A stretch of DNA of 64,000 nt from Octopus vulgaris (taxonomy: Eukaryota): positions 2,790,001 through 2,854,000 of the forward strand of contig OX597818.1 in the NCBI GenBank assembly GCA_951406725.2, given 5' to 3'. Shown here one piece after another: positions 1 to 12,499 of this stretch. Positions within the stretch are counted from its first letter, which is position 1. The number at the start of each line of letters is the position of its first letter. The translations under genes and the position numbers were made by a program. The notes beneath the pieces were generated by a model that saw only the letters and a list, made by a program, of their open reading frames with translations, searched no databases and was not told where the DNA came from.

Positions 1-180
1 ACTGTGGATGAACTGTTTACGAAGTATAATCATGTGTTTTCACGAATGTACTAAAGAGATTTGGTCTGATATTCTCATTTAAATATGAATAGGTAAATAC
101 GGGCGGGTTTGGGCGGCTTGGTCACATGAATCAAAATTTTTTTCGGGCGGCTTTGGGTGGTTTGGTAATGAAAGGGTTAA
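1..180. mobile_element. Possible end of a piggyBac-like non-autonomous DNA transposon
   Basis: Ends in ...GAAAGGG|TTAA, the piggyBac-type terminus plus TTAA target. Subterminal GGGCGG repeats. The other end is not in the window. Confidence 0.3.
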
Positions 181-402
181 ATGAACATGTTAGCAAACAT
201 CATAACAGCTTCCATGACATTCATGGATACAGTGAGAAAATCATGGAAAGTCATTTCACTTGAGTGTCCAGGGCGGGGGGGGGGGGGTCCTTTTCTCATG
301 TTGGCATTCAGCACAGAGTCTCTTTGCAATCATTGATTTAAAAGTTTTTGGGAATTCAGGCTTTTGCTTTCCTTTCAACAGTTAAATTTTTCAATGGATA
401 GT

Positions 403-2540
403 CATATGGCCTGGTCCCAAGTCCAGGATGAGAACGGAGGAGGGTTAGGCTTTGGGCTAATAATCTGACCCTGTAAAAACTTACAGTGCTAAAGAAACAA
501 TCAGTATTGCTAGACTCCACCATGGCCTGGTCCCAAGTCCAGGATGAAAAAGGAGTCGGGTTAGGCATTGGGCTAGCAACCCGACCCTGTAAAAGCTTAC
601 AGTGCTAAAGAAATAATCAGTATCGCTACAAACAAAGATTTCGTGACTGATCCAGGGGAAAGCTGAGAGGTGTCCTGGACCCTAATGAAGAGCCAACTCC
701 TAACTGCAAAAAAACTAACAAGGAACTTGGAATGTGGGGGACATTGTACTAGTGTAGCAGAGTGACACTGTTGCTGCAAGAATTTGACAACTATAAGTTG
801 CGCATTTTGGGAGTAAGTGAAATATGCTAGATAGAAAGTGGAAAAATTACCATGCTCTACTCTGGACGTCAAGAGTACCATGTACCTAAGCACCAACAGA
901 CGATGCAGAAGAAACAGAGAAGGATAATTTTTATTAACATGATGTGATCAGTAGCGCACCACGCTTTGGCATCAAGCTGGTTGTGAAGGACTGGAATGCT
1001 TAGCTAGATTCTATTTAGAGCAAGTGGAAGCAAAACAGCTGAAAATGGAAAGCACTTTTTGTTATTCTGTAGTATGAATGATCTGTACATTGGCAACACT
1101 TTCTTCCCATTTTCAAGACCATGACTCTATGGTAGTTAACTGATTCCAACCACTGCAACAGACCGGAGATTTGGAAGAACAATGGAATATGTTCAAAAGT
1201 GCTTTTACCCAAAGTGCAAGGATGTAAAAAGACGTATCAGGAAAGATGGATTACTCCAGATACATGGCAGTTGATTGACAGCAGGAAGGAAAAGAAAGAA
1301 GAAAGGACTAAACAAAAACAGAAAAACAGTAGTGTAGTGTCGAGTGGCAGATAGGCAGGTGAAGAGAGGATGCAGGAATGACAAAAGAAGATGGGTGGAA
1401 GATGAAAGAAGCTCAGAAGGCAATGACATCAGAACCCTATACAGAATCGCGAGAGATTTAACAGGATTAATAGAAGGGGGCAGTCTGCCAGTGAAGGCTA
1501 AGAATAAGAAGACTCTGCTAAGTGAAGAACAACAAAATGAAACCCTAAACTAACCAGCACTAACAGTAAAATTGAATTTAGAGGACCAACAAACAGAACA
1601 TTTGGCAGGAGAAAGGGGAGCAATAAGGGAAGATGAAGTGAGAGAAGCAGTGAAGAGACTAGAAAACAATAAAGTGCCTGGACTGGACAACATTTCAGCA
1701 AAATTGAACTGGCTATAGACATACCATGGATGACAAGGGACTGGCTAACAAGATTTGGAGTTTGCCTATGACATTGCCATGTCAGCTGAGAATCACCCAA
1801 CATTACAAGAAATATCAAAAATGGAAAGGGAAGTGGCAAAGACTGGGTTGAGAATCAGCAGTCAAAAAACAAAGGTAATGCAAGTTGGGGAAACAAGTAG
1901 AAAGTGTACCAGTGAAAGTTTGACAAGAACCAGTTGAAGTTACAAGTTTTACTTATCTGGGAAGCATAGTAACAAGCAACAGTGATGCAGAGACAGATGT
2001 AAGCTGCAGAATTGGCAAGGTGATGACTGACAACACTTAGGTGTAGCAATAACGTAAGTATAGAGCTGAAGATTTGTCTGTACAAAACAGCAATACTGCT
2101 AATAGTGATCTAAGCAGCTAAAACTTGGAAGATGAAAGCAAAAATCATCTGCCAACTCAACATATTTCATTGGCAGTACCGCACAAAGATCCTAAGAATC
2201 ATTTGTTGAGACAGAGTGACAAATAAAGCCATTCTCCAAGCAGCAAGAGTAAGGCCCTGCATGCAATTGTAACTGAACAACAAATGAGAATGGCTGGACA
2301 CATACTAAGATTACCACAGGTAAAGGCTTGCCAAAACAGCGATGGGCTGGATGTTGCTGGAAGATAGGAGAAAAAGAAACCAGCCAAATAAGATATGGCG
2401 TAGTACCTTCAAAGAAGACCTACACAAACTGAACATCACCTGGGAAGAAGCATACCAGTTGGTCAGAGACAGAGATAATTGGCGATCACTGACTGCCCAA
2501 TATGCTCCTCAAAGGCACCAATGGAGCTAAGAAGAAAAAG
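403..2540 (+). mobile_element. Degenerate RTE-clade LINE with duplicated 5' UTR motif
   Basis: Two ~115-bp copies (403-512, 521-628) of the RTE 5' motif GTCCCAAGTCC..GGAG..GGGTTAGGC..GGGCTA..AC.CTGTAAAA. Downstream are frameshifted ORF2-like fragments (e.g. RNQPNKIWRSTFKEDL...RDRDNWRSL). Confidence 0.7.
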
Positions 2541-3379
2541 AAGTCTATCCTAAATTGCATTGCTACATTTGCTCAGAACAGCAGATGGTTGCATAGCTTT
2601 TTGAGTCTCTTCTGATTTTGTATGTAATGAAATGTTTCACAACACACATATTTACTATGTACCAAATCAGGTATCCACCACTAATTACCTGGTCTACCAA
2701 TCAGGTGATTACTCATTATCTGATTCATGTGATCTATACCATTTATGTAACTGTTGTAATCAGTTGATTTTCTTGAATACACAAGAGGATCTATAGATGA
2801 TGTGTTACCTAATTAGCAGTTGCTAGAAAAAGTACAGGCCCGTGTCTAATAACATGGTATTGAGACATGAGAACCTAATGCAGTATTTAGGAGTAGGATT
2901 TAGGATTTAGAAGTAAACTGAGGGTTAGAGTTTTGAGATAAGGACTTACATTTAGGATTGAAGGTTAGGGTAGAAGCACTTGGAATGAACGTTTTTGGTT
3001 AGAGTTAAGGTTATGCTTAAATAAAAATTAGGCACAGAAAATATTTAAATTTGTTTACAGTGATTTGCTGAATCATAAAGTAATAATTGTAAACTTGGGT
3101 ATACATCTCGTAGTATGCCGCTTAAAGCACATTCACTGTCTTCAGCTACCTGATGTCGTCAACAGTATGTATATAAGTGCCACTAGATTTACTTCAGGAA
3201 TCCCTTCATGTCCATTGAGTGTTTAACAGTATATAGTATATACTATAAAGTAGGGAAGGTACAAATGGTTATGCTCAGAGTCAAAGGATGTAGAAATCAG
3301 GCGTAATTCACCAGATGTAGAAACAGCCAGGAAGTGGAAAGTAGAAGCAGAGACTAATGACATCTTGTCATCACTTACA

Positions 3380-4340
3380 CACTGAGATATAGTGGATTCC
3401 ATATAAATTGATCAGAAGAGATTGGATTTGGTGCTGGTCGGTCCAGACCGTTTTCAAGTATGATGTGGAACGAATGCAGATTTATTGTTAGTAACAGCAT
3501 CAAAGTAAGAGAAACAGAGAAAAGAGCTTCATTTGATTCTATGCTCTCAACAAGGACAGATGACAAGTTGGGAAGAATATGCAGTTGAGAGAAAAATAAG
3601 TTGCAATAAAATAGGAAAGTGGAGTACATCACATTTGAGTTTTCTGATTCATTCATCTGATGATGCCTTGCCATTGGCTACAAACTTAGTAAGATGGAAC
3701 ATATCAGAGAAAATTATAAATTCAGATACAGAAAAGTTGGAACACTGAAACTTTTCAACTGTTCACTAGCATTGAATAGATATACATGGAGACACAATCT
3801 GGTTCTCTTCAATGCTACGAAGAACCAAATTGCTCTCATCAACAGTGGCATAAAGCCACAGAAGAAACCAACCAGATATTTCATTACTTTTGTGCATTCA
3901 AAACAGCAGATCCATTTGAAGAAGAAACTTCCTGTGAATGATGAAAAGTGGAATGACTATTGGGAGGTGGCTGCAGATTCACCAGGGTGCCAAGGATTCT
4001 TCCCATTCCAGTTATGAAGAAACCTGATATAATGATATGTTGTGAAAGATAGAAAGTAGTAAATCTAATAAAGTTAAAGGTTCCTCATGAAAATATCATG
4101 GATGCATCTCAAGCTTGAAAGATCAACCATTATAAAAACCTCCTTGAGGAATAAGAAGATGCAGGCTGGAAAGTAGAGAATTTACTAGTTGAAGTTGAAC
4201 TTAGAGGATTCATTGAACTCAGTGTGAGGCAATTGTTGTTGTCACTTGGCCTAACACATCATAAAGCAAATACAATCATGGGGAAGAGAAGCCACTGGAT
4301 TTCGTTAAAATGAGACAATAAGCAATAGCTAGAAATATTG
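3380..4340 (+). mobile_element. 3' fragment of a non-LTR retrotransposon with restriction-like endonuclease (Hero/NeSL-like)
   Basis: RYTWRHN in ORF 3694-4017, then broken PDI...KVPHEN...GWKVE..VEVELRGF, matching the RLE domain layout. Confidence 0.6.
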
Positions 4341-5819
4341 AGGACCTAGAAACATATTGAGTGAAACCTATCAAGCATGGCCTCACTTCAATGAAGGGAC
4401 AGTATATATACATCTATATAGATATGTGTGTGTATATATAAATACACATACACACACACATATTCTTTTATTTGTTTCAGTCATTTGACTGTGGCCATGC
4501 TGGAGTCAGAATGTAAACATTAGCAGATCACTAGATACAAAAACAAGGCGGATTACTAGTTCTAGTTCTTAATCCACTAACAGAAGTAGTATTAGTATGG
4601 AAAAAATCTTTGTAATTATGGTAGAAATAAAATTTGTCCCTTAAATACTGAATGTATGAGGGAAAATTTAGTGTACCATTATAAGATTATGTTGGAAAGG
4701 TGTGTGCTCAACAAACTTCAAATCGTGACTGGCAAACCATTTACATTTGTTTAAGGATTGGCTTAAAAGGCGTAACACCATCTGGTCCCTTAAGGATAGA
4801 ATGGGAAAAAAGTAGCATGACTGTACCTTATATAATAGGTGGAAAAAGATGAATCTTGTGCAAAGAGATAATTTTCCAGATTTTTACATCTAAACACCAG
4901 TTGCTTAACTGTATACTAGAACAAGACTTAAGATGTCCACACTTGCACAAGATAACATTAAAATACTTCCATGCAAGTGATGGATAAGTTAGTATCTGCT
5001 ATACAAATGGGAGGTGTACAAATTTAAGGGATAAATGTTTGGTTTGACTTTCAAGTAACTATCAATATCCTCAACAATTGAAATATCTTTTTTAGAAACC
5101 ATAGCAACACATACTGAACATAGAAACTGCATATAACCTAAAACTCAATTATACAGAGAAATTTTCAAATTCTCATCATAAATAAGTTCCTTATACCATA
5201 GATATCCAAATTAATTTGACAGAATTAATTTTAGTTTGTTTTTGTTTTATCTCATTTTGTACCTAGTTATTGTACAAAACACTGAGATATAACTTTGATC
5301 CATTAGGCTCAAGGACTCTCAGTTTCATCCTTAAACCTAAAGTTGAGATGAGGTTAAATGTGAGGTAAATTTTTATAGCCATTTCAAGTTTTTAAATTTC
5401 CCCTTCACTTTATTAAGCCACACAAATAAAATTCATTCACTTTGAACCGCATTTGTGGACAGACCCTGAATGAATGAAAATAGCTGGTTGCAAATGCAAC
5501 TGGACACTTCCTATACAGTGGAAACACGAACCAGTCATATAAACCAATTATGCTTTATAATTAACTGTAAAAATAAATTTTTAAAAGAAAAAATATGATG
5601 TACTAGTTTCCGTATTCTTCGTAATTGTTTTGAATTTACACTCTTAAATATTCTTAATCCTGTGAAGTGAACCCAGGATTTACCCGTCAGTGGGATTGCT
5701 CACTTTGAGTAATCCTAAGTGCTTCTTACTATGTAATGCGGTTAGGATTATACTGGAGTGCCCATATGGTACCTGCCTGGATAATTTATCCTTATATACT
5801 CATCACATGTGTGTGTATG

Positions 5820-5999
5820 TACAGGTGTGGCTGTGTGGTAAGAAGCTTGCTTCCCAACTACATGGTTCTGGGTTCTGTTCCATTGCATGGCACATTCAGC
5901 AGTTGTCTTCTCATATAGCCTTGGGCTAACCAAATCCTTGTGAGTGGATTTGATAGATGGAAACTGAAAGAAACATGTCGTATACATACATACATACAT

Positions 6000-6050
<51 letters not shown>
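5820..6050 (+). mobile_element. tRNA-derived SINE, 5' part, running into a (TA)n tract
   Basis: A box TGGCTGTGTGG and a B-box-like GGTTCTGTTCC. Same family as the copies at 6217-6340, 31750-32132 and 43040-43485. Confidence 0.75.
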
Positions 6051-6055
<5 letters not shown>

Positions 6056-6167
6056 CTCAGGAAAAAGTTTGTGTGCCATGTTAAAATAATGGTTTTTATA
6101 TATTTTTGTGGTGTGTGTGTTCATTCAGTTCATTATTTTAACATGGCACACAAACTTTTTCCTCAAC

Positions 6168-6207
<40 letters not shown>

Positions 6208-6332
6208 CATATAAAGTGCAGGTATGGCTGTGTGAAAAGAAGCTTGCTTCCCAACCACTTGGCTCCAGGTTCAGTCCTACTGCATGGCACCTTGCGAGTG
6301 GATGTGATAGAGGGAAACTGAAAGAAGCCCGT

Positions 6333-6368
<36 letters not shown>

Positions 6369-6397
6369 ACGGGCTTCTTTCAGTTTCAGTTTCTAGT

Positions 6398-6427
<30 letters not shown>

Positions 6428-6432
<5 letters not shown>

Positions 6433-7035
6433 AAATAGGGTAATAATAAATTATTATTACCAGTGGCCTAGCACAAAAAACGAATTAGTCATTAGACTAT
6501 TTATTATTCATATAGAAATACAATAAGAGGCTTCCAAATAGGAAAGTGTTGTGCTAGAAAGAGCAGTAGAAATCTCAAGACCACAAAAAAGGATAAATTC
6601 ACGAAAGGAATGAAAATTAAAAACGTTTACCATCTCAGCTATTTCCCAGACCGACGGTTTCTAACTATTTCCAGCAAAAAAGTATTTGCTGAAGGCCAGT
6701 TTTCTTCAGTGGGACAGCCTTTAGATTTCAGACATACAGACCGCCAGATCCACATATAGAACTAACGGTTTGTAAATCCTAACTTTTCAAACCACTGCAC
6801 AGACGCAGATTATACCCAGCGACAGAGAGGATGCCGGTAAAAATTTCGAACAAATTTATCAAACAATATTTAAACATAATAAAATAGGGTAATAATATAT
6901 TATTATTACCAGTGGCCTAGCACAAAAAGCAAATTAGTCATTAGACTATATATTAATCATATAGAAATACAATAAGAGGCTTCCAAATAGGAAAGCGTTG
7001 TGCTAGAAAGAGCAGTAGAAATCTCAAGACCACAA
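6428..7035 (-). mobile_element. Penelope pLTR/retrozyme-like unit: 450-bp period with ~160-bp direct repeats
   Basis: 6428-6586 is repeated at 6878-7035. The unit follows a (TA)n tract and contains a hammerhead motif. Confidence 0.6.
6644..6714 (-). ncRNA. Type I hammerhead ribozyme, intact core
   Basis: Minus strand reads UCCCA-CUGAAGA-[AACU..CAGCAAA/UUUGCUG..AGUU stem II]-GAAACC-GUC-GGUC^-UGGGA. Stems I, II and III pair, and the cleavage triplet is GUC. Confidence 0.75.
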
Positions 7036-7252
7036 GTTTGAACATAAAGCAGGTAGAATATATGGTCCAGATATGGGCTCGTTCAAATACTATAGGGTTA
7101 ACTCCAGTGATATAGTTTATTAAATACACTGTTTTGGTTTTGAAGGTCTTTTTATCATATTTGTATAGGAAACAGGATTTTGTGTTTGTGATATGTGTTT
7201 GGCTATTTATGATAATACCTTTATTTATATATGTATATATATATATGTGTGC

Positions 7253-7288
<36 letters not shown>

Positions 7289-7361
7289 GAAAACTTTTCC
7301 ATTTCAAATTTTTACAAATTGATTTCAAATTTAAGGGTAACTTTTTAAAATTTGATTGAAG

Positions 7362-7549
7362 GTGTCAAAATGTCTGCGGGAAAAGATGACCTTGGACAGC
7401 AATACCTGACTCCAGAGAAAGCTATTTGTGTGCATGGTTCTGATGCAATAATTGTTGGTCGTGGAATTATTGAAGACCCTGACCCTGTGGCAGCTGCAAA
7501 GAATTTTCAGGCGGCAGCATATGCTGCATATGAAACCCAAGTTGAGTAA
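7362..7549 (+). CDS. UMPS: UMP synthase (OMP decarboxylase domain), terminal coding exon
   Basis: Translates GVKMSAGKDDLGQQYLTPEKAICVHGSDAIIVGRGII...AAYAAYETQVE*, with the hallmark DxLGQQY and DxIIVGRGI motifs. AG acceptor at 7360-7361 (phase 1), stop at 7547-7549. No upstream exon found in the window. Confidence 0.93.
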
Positions 7550-7655
7550 TTGAATCGTCAACTATATAAACAACTATTTAATCATGTTACATTTCTTTCA
7601 TTACTAACCATACTTGTAATTTTCAAACCTTTTGGTTATGCACAATTTAAGAAGA

Positions 7656-7661
7656 AATAAA
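7656..7661 (+). promoter_or_regulatory. Candidate UMPS polyadenylation signal
   Basis: AATAAA ~107 nt after the stop, followed by T-rich sequence. Confidence 0.5.
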
Positions 7662-8419
7662 GGACATGTTGTTTTCATCAAAGAATATTTTACTTCATTC
7701 TTTATTCTGTATTCAAATTTACATACACACACGCACGTGCGCGCACACACACACACGCACAGTATACACATACATGGGATTGATAATAACTAATCACAAT
7801 AAACAATAGAAGAATTATCATAATTATCAAAGAGACTGAAATCCAAAATAAATATACCTTATTATATACACATTATCCTATCAAAACTACTCCACCATCA
7901 GGGGTTCCTATCAGATCACATTATTACACCACTGCCCTAATAGTCTCTGCTTCTCTGAGCAGGTTAGGCTCATGCTGTCTCCACTCTGGTATTTGTGTCT
8001 TGTATTTCCTCCTCCCCCTACCTTGCTGCCAGGCCATACTAATCACTACATCTCATTTTACTTCCAAGAACATTGACTCTCTAGAATTCCTTTCCAGCTC
8101 ACCACCTTCATATTTCTTTATCAAATGTAATACTTATTTATTGATATTGTTTGAATTATCATGCATTATCTTGTAGCTTCAAGATTTCAATAGTGTGCTT
8201 GTTTATTTTTAGAATGACATTGTACGGTAGGTGTGAGAGGTTGGATCTGGTTAATTTTAACATAAAGCGGATAGAATATTTGGGCCAGATGTAGTTAAAT
8301 GCTAAAGGGTTAATCGCACCAGTCTCATTAGTCTATGGACATAGACTTAAAAAAACCAAGTGCACTACCTCTTCTTCCAAACCCTGCAAGTTAATACGCA
8401 CGCACACACACATACAATT

Positions 8420-9200
8420 ATAGGTATCTTGGACAAGATGAGAATGTCAGATATGATAGACCCATAAAAAAGGAGAGGACAAGGAATGAATACCTCAGGA
8501 GAGTAAAGAGAATATGGTCATCAGAACTTTCAGCTTACAACAAGCATATTGCCTGCAACAGCTTTGCAGTGCTTGTCCTTTGGCCTACATTTGGCATTCT
8601 GGACTGGTCACTACAAGAACTGAATGGACCACTTCACTAAGATTTTACATGGGTACTTGGCATGAAAAACAGACTAGCCTAGCAACCTTTTGATGTCACT
8701 TCAACAAAAATAACACCAGTAAAAAGCAACCCATCAACAGAAGTGGAAAGTTACTGTAAATCAATTTGGGAAAGAAATGATGGATTTAGTAAAACGACTG
8801 AGTGGATAGATGAGACAGAGCAGGGATACTGCAAGCATGTTAAACAAACACTCTACAAAATTGACAGCACAGATACCAAATAGGGAATTCTGAGGCCCAG
8901 ATCTTATTACTGGATACTGGTTAAAAAATTTCAACTGCTATCAGCAACATTTGGGAGGAGTATCAAAGGCATATTAAACATTAGCTACATGGCTATCAAC
9001 AGCTATCACTCTTATTCCCAAACATAACTAAACCACCGAGGCTAAAATTTACCTGTCAAAACATGTATACTGGTTGCCTCAACTTGTTTCTTGAGGATAA
9101 TTGTACCGCTTGCAATATTGTAAGTAGATGTGGGGATGTATTAAGCACTTACCATTTAATAAGATGATGTAACAAAGAACTGCAAAAATTTGGCTATGGT
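8420..9200 (+). mobile_element. Degenerate R4/Dong-like LINE fragments
   Basis: YLGQDEN...EYLRRVKRIWSSELSAYNKHIACNSFAVLVL.PTFGILDW resembles the R4/Dong post-RT region. The pieces are rearranged. Confidence 0.55.
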
Positions 9201-9206
9201 GTAGCT

Positions 9207-10700
9207 CAGGGATGGTGAACCTCTTTGTGCATGAAGGCCACCCTTTAATTCATCATAGAGGCCACATTAAACAAATTATTTTTCTTTTTTTTAGTTATTT
9301 TATTCCTTAAATAATCTATTAGTAATCTAATAAAAGAAAGACAGGTGTGTAGAAATTGAAAGCATGACTTCAAATATTTTATTTAAGTACAAATAATAAG
9401 TAAATGAATAATATCGAAAGCAAGACATTTTCAAATATTTTATTTAAGTTGGTACATTGTAAATGAATAATAATCTTATAAAAAAGACAGCTTATGAACA
9501 TTGAGAATATAACATTTTCAAATATTTAACTTAGGCAAGTAGGTACTTTTTATACAAGCAAATTCAAAGAATTTCTTTGAATTTGCCTTTTTTGAGAAAG
9601 CATTTTGCTATCAGGCTCTAACATAGTGGTTCTTAGTTTCAGTTGGTCCTCCAAATGCTCATCTGTCAATTGCATTCTCAGCGATTTGCGTCAAGTACGA
9701 GAATGTAGACTCATAATAGTATGTTGAAGAAAAGTAGGAAATTAGTTGCTCTGCATGTTCACGAAGATGAGGATATTCTACCACATTTTTCCAAATTTTG
9801 ATGGGATTTTTCCCTCTTGTCAAACTGAGATTTCAGGATATTATCTTCAGACATTTTAATAAGCTCCATTTGTAACTCTTCAAGAGCTTTTGGTACATCA
9901 ACTAAGTGAGGCTGAAAAGCAAGTTTCAGAATGATGTTATGCTTTTCAAAATCACCAGATCTTTTGTTGTATTCTTCTACTAATGAGTCTAAAACTGACT
10001 TGTATTCTTCAAAAGATCCAGAAATATCTTCATTTTCTCTCATTAACTTCGTAAACTGGGGAAATTGTCCCTCTGAAAGTTTTGATTTACCCAAAAGAGA
10101 CTTGAAAAACAACTTTTTTCTAAATGCCTGAATTTTTTGCCACATATCATAGATTTTTTTTCTGCCTGGCAATGAAATGTTTAACTCATTTTGTTTTGAT
10201 ATAAAATCACATGGAAATGCAATATCTCTGTAAAAGTTTGGATTTGATGAATCACAATGTTTGTTGTTTCCTTTGAAAAAGTCAATTATTCGCTTTTGTA
10301 AAGACAAAATTTTGACCAATACTTGTGACAAGTGTACTTTTGAGTGATAAGGCAAATTAATTACTTCATCATCCATCATTAGCATGTTTCAAAATTGATG
10401 ATGCTTCAGGGCATTTGCTTGAATATAGTTTACACTTCTGCAAAGTGTCATTTAAAATGACAGATTTTGCACGATCTTACTGATGTAAAATACAATGAAA
10501 AGAAATTAGTACATTTGATTCTTTGGTTACTCTTTCAAGATGTGCAATAAATCTTTCATTCTTAGCCATCATAGCTAGAGTACCATCTGTGCACACACTT
10601 ACCAAATTAGTAAAATTTAGTTCTACATTGCTCTTTGAAGTTGTTAAAAATATCTATCCCTCATGCCCTTCTTTTAAGGGTGCCTAAAGCAAGTAATTCA
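9207..10700 (-). mobile_element. hAT (Charlie/SPIN, GTF2IRD2-like) transposon remnant
   Basis: TIR-like CAGGGATGGTGAACCT at 9207. ORF 9759-10385 (NELNISLPG, KIQAFRKKL, ELQMELI), plus upstream VCTDG and HCIL remnants on the minus strand. Confidence 0.75.
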
Positions 10701-10964
10701 TATATACCAGGGGTCACCAAACTGCAGCCCACTGCACTGTACCTTTTGTGTAAGTAATTGCAATGATAGTTCGTTCCTGCAGTGATCATGTTTTAACTAT
10801 GTGTAAACTGGTTTGAAGAGTGCCACATATAAAAGGGACTGACTTCAGTGAATTATGTCATATATTTTGTATATTTGAGTGTTGAATGAGCTCATAAGAG
10901 GAAAGCATCTAATATTTTCAAATTTTGATATTTATTTAAGCCTTATATTGTAACGCTGACCATA

Positions 10965-11210
10965 ATATTAATGCTAACCCTAAACCTATCCCTAAAGCGC
11001 AAAGAAGACCTAACACTAACATTAACCATAACCCTAAACCTCACTTGAAATCTAGCTCCAAATCTACCCCTAACTCAAAAACTAACACTAACTCTAAACC
11101 TAACACTCAATGTGAACCTCACCCTCACCCCTACCTTAACCCTAACCCTAACATTAACCCTAAACCTAAATATCACCCTCACCCTAACCATCACCTTATC
11201 TCTTAACCCA
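10965..11210. repeat. Degenerate (CCCTAA)n-like hexamer tract
   Basis: Many AACCCT/AACCCTAA variants. Opposite-strand tracts occur at 2890-3020 and 26510-26790. Confidence 0.7.
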
Positions 11211-11399
11211 TATTCTCCTGAATCCTTTTTTTTTTAATCCAATTTGAACAAAACTTAATAGTTGTGTTTTATATGTTACACAGACACACAGAAAATATAA
11301 CTGAGAAATGTTTTGTTTTTGAAATAATGAGTGTGCCATAAATGGCATGCTAGTAGAATACGAGTACAATTTTAAGATTTATTAAATGAATGAAAAAAA

Positions 11400-11795
11400 G
11401 ATGGAAGAGATGTTGAGGGAGGAAGATGCATGAGGGAGAGTGATGGAAGGTTGAATTTTAGTGAGTAGGACAGGGGAAGAGTTTGGAAGGAGTATATGGA
11501 GGGAATTATGAACGAGGAGAATGAATGGGATCAGAGGGTTGAAGTTGTTGTAGTGGAGGGGCCAGTGGAGAGGGTTAGTAGAGGCCATGAAGGAAATGAA
11601 AGCAGGAAAGGCAGCTGGTCCATCAGAAGTAAGTGTGGAAATGATAACTGCAAGTGGAGAGATAGGGATTGTTGTGATGATGGAGCTCTGCTAGGGTGTG
11701 CTGGATGGAAGAGGAATACCAGATGATTGAGCACTAAGTGTGGTGGTACCAATCTTCAAGGGCAAGGGGGATGTGATGAGTTGTGGGGCATATAG
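11400..11795 (+). mobile_element. RTE-type LINE ORF2 fragment
   Basis: MEGIMNEENEWD...VEGPVERV...VVPIFKGKGDVMSCGAYRG, the region just before the RT domain. Confidence 0.65.
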
Positions 11796-11810
11796 AGGTA
11801 GCTTGCTAAC

Positions 11811-12499
11811 TGCTACCAAGTTGTCGTATGTGAAAAATTGAACATTTGAAGCACAACCACAGGTAAGGCATTTGTTTTTTGGGAGCTTAGTGAAGTCTGT
11901 TGTCCGTATGGTTATTATTTTTTCGAACGAGGGTCTCCACTGAGTTCCAGACATTTGTTTGCCAGTGGTCTTACTAAAAGACTCACATTTTAGTGAGAAT
12001 TATGTGAGTTTTCGGGAGGTGTGTCACTCCAAAAATTTTTTGGAAATTTCTATGACTGTGTTTGTGCTCTTTCAAGTGGATTTTTACCATAAAGGATAGG
12101 AGTACAGCCAGAGTTGGATGGAATACTATTTGTGCTATGAAGGACTACCAGTTTGGATTCCCAGAGTATCAGAATTGTGTTGTGTTGCCATTTTGGACTA
12201 TCTTCCTTCGCTCTTTCTTCTCCTGTCTGTCTTTCTGATCTTTTTCGAATTTCTTTATAGACTTTCATTTGAACATTTTGATTTTGGCTTGTGGATTTTA
12301 ATTTTTTTGGCTATCAACATGGCAACTGTGAAATCCACTTTGGGGTGGCAAATTGTGACCCCCAAAGAATGGTTGAAAAATTATATGGAGAGAACGGTAG
12401 TGTTAAGGGCCTATTCCAGGGTCCTTGACACCATCAAGGTCTTCTCTGAGGAAGAAATTGAGGAGGAGTTGGTAGACTACCTGCCAAATGTTAGGTTTC
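11811..12499 (+). mobile_element. 5' fragment (UTR and ORF1 start) of the ORF1-only Tx1-like family at 32133-34215
   Basis: 11811-12030 is the reverse complement of ~33985-34215. MATVKSTLGWQIVTPKEWLKNYMER is homologous to MAIKCKKALEWRIVAPKEWLKNYDER. Truncated by the CATA array. Confidence 0.8.

Noticed and set aside
4870-4910. FLHL peptide as the penultimate UMPS exon (expected ..FLHLTP)
   Set aside because: It continues NTS rather than TPG, has no donor site and shows no upstream similarity. The preceding exon is probably outside the window.
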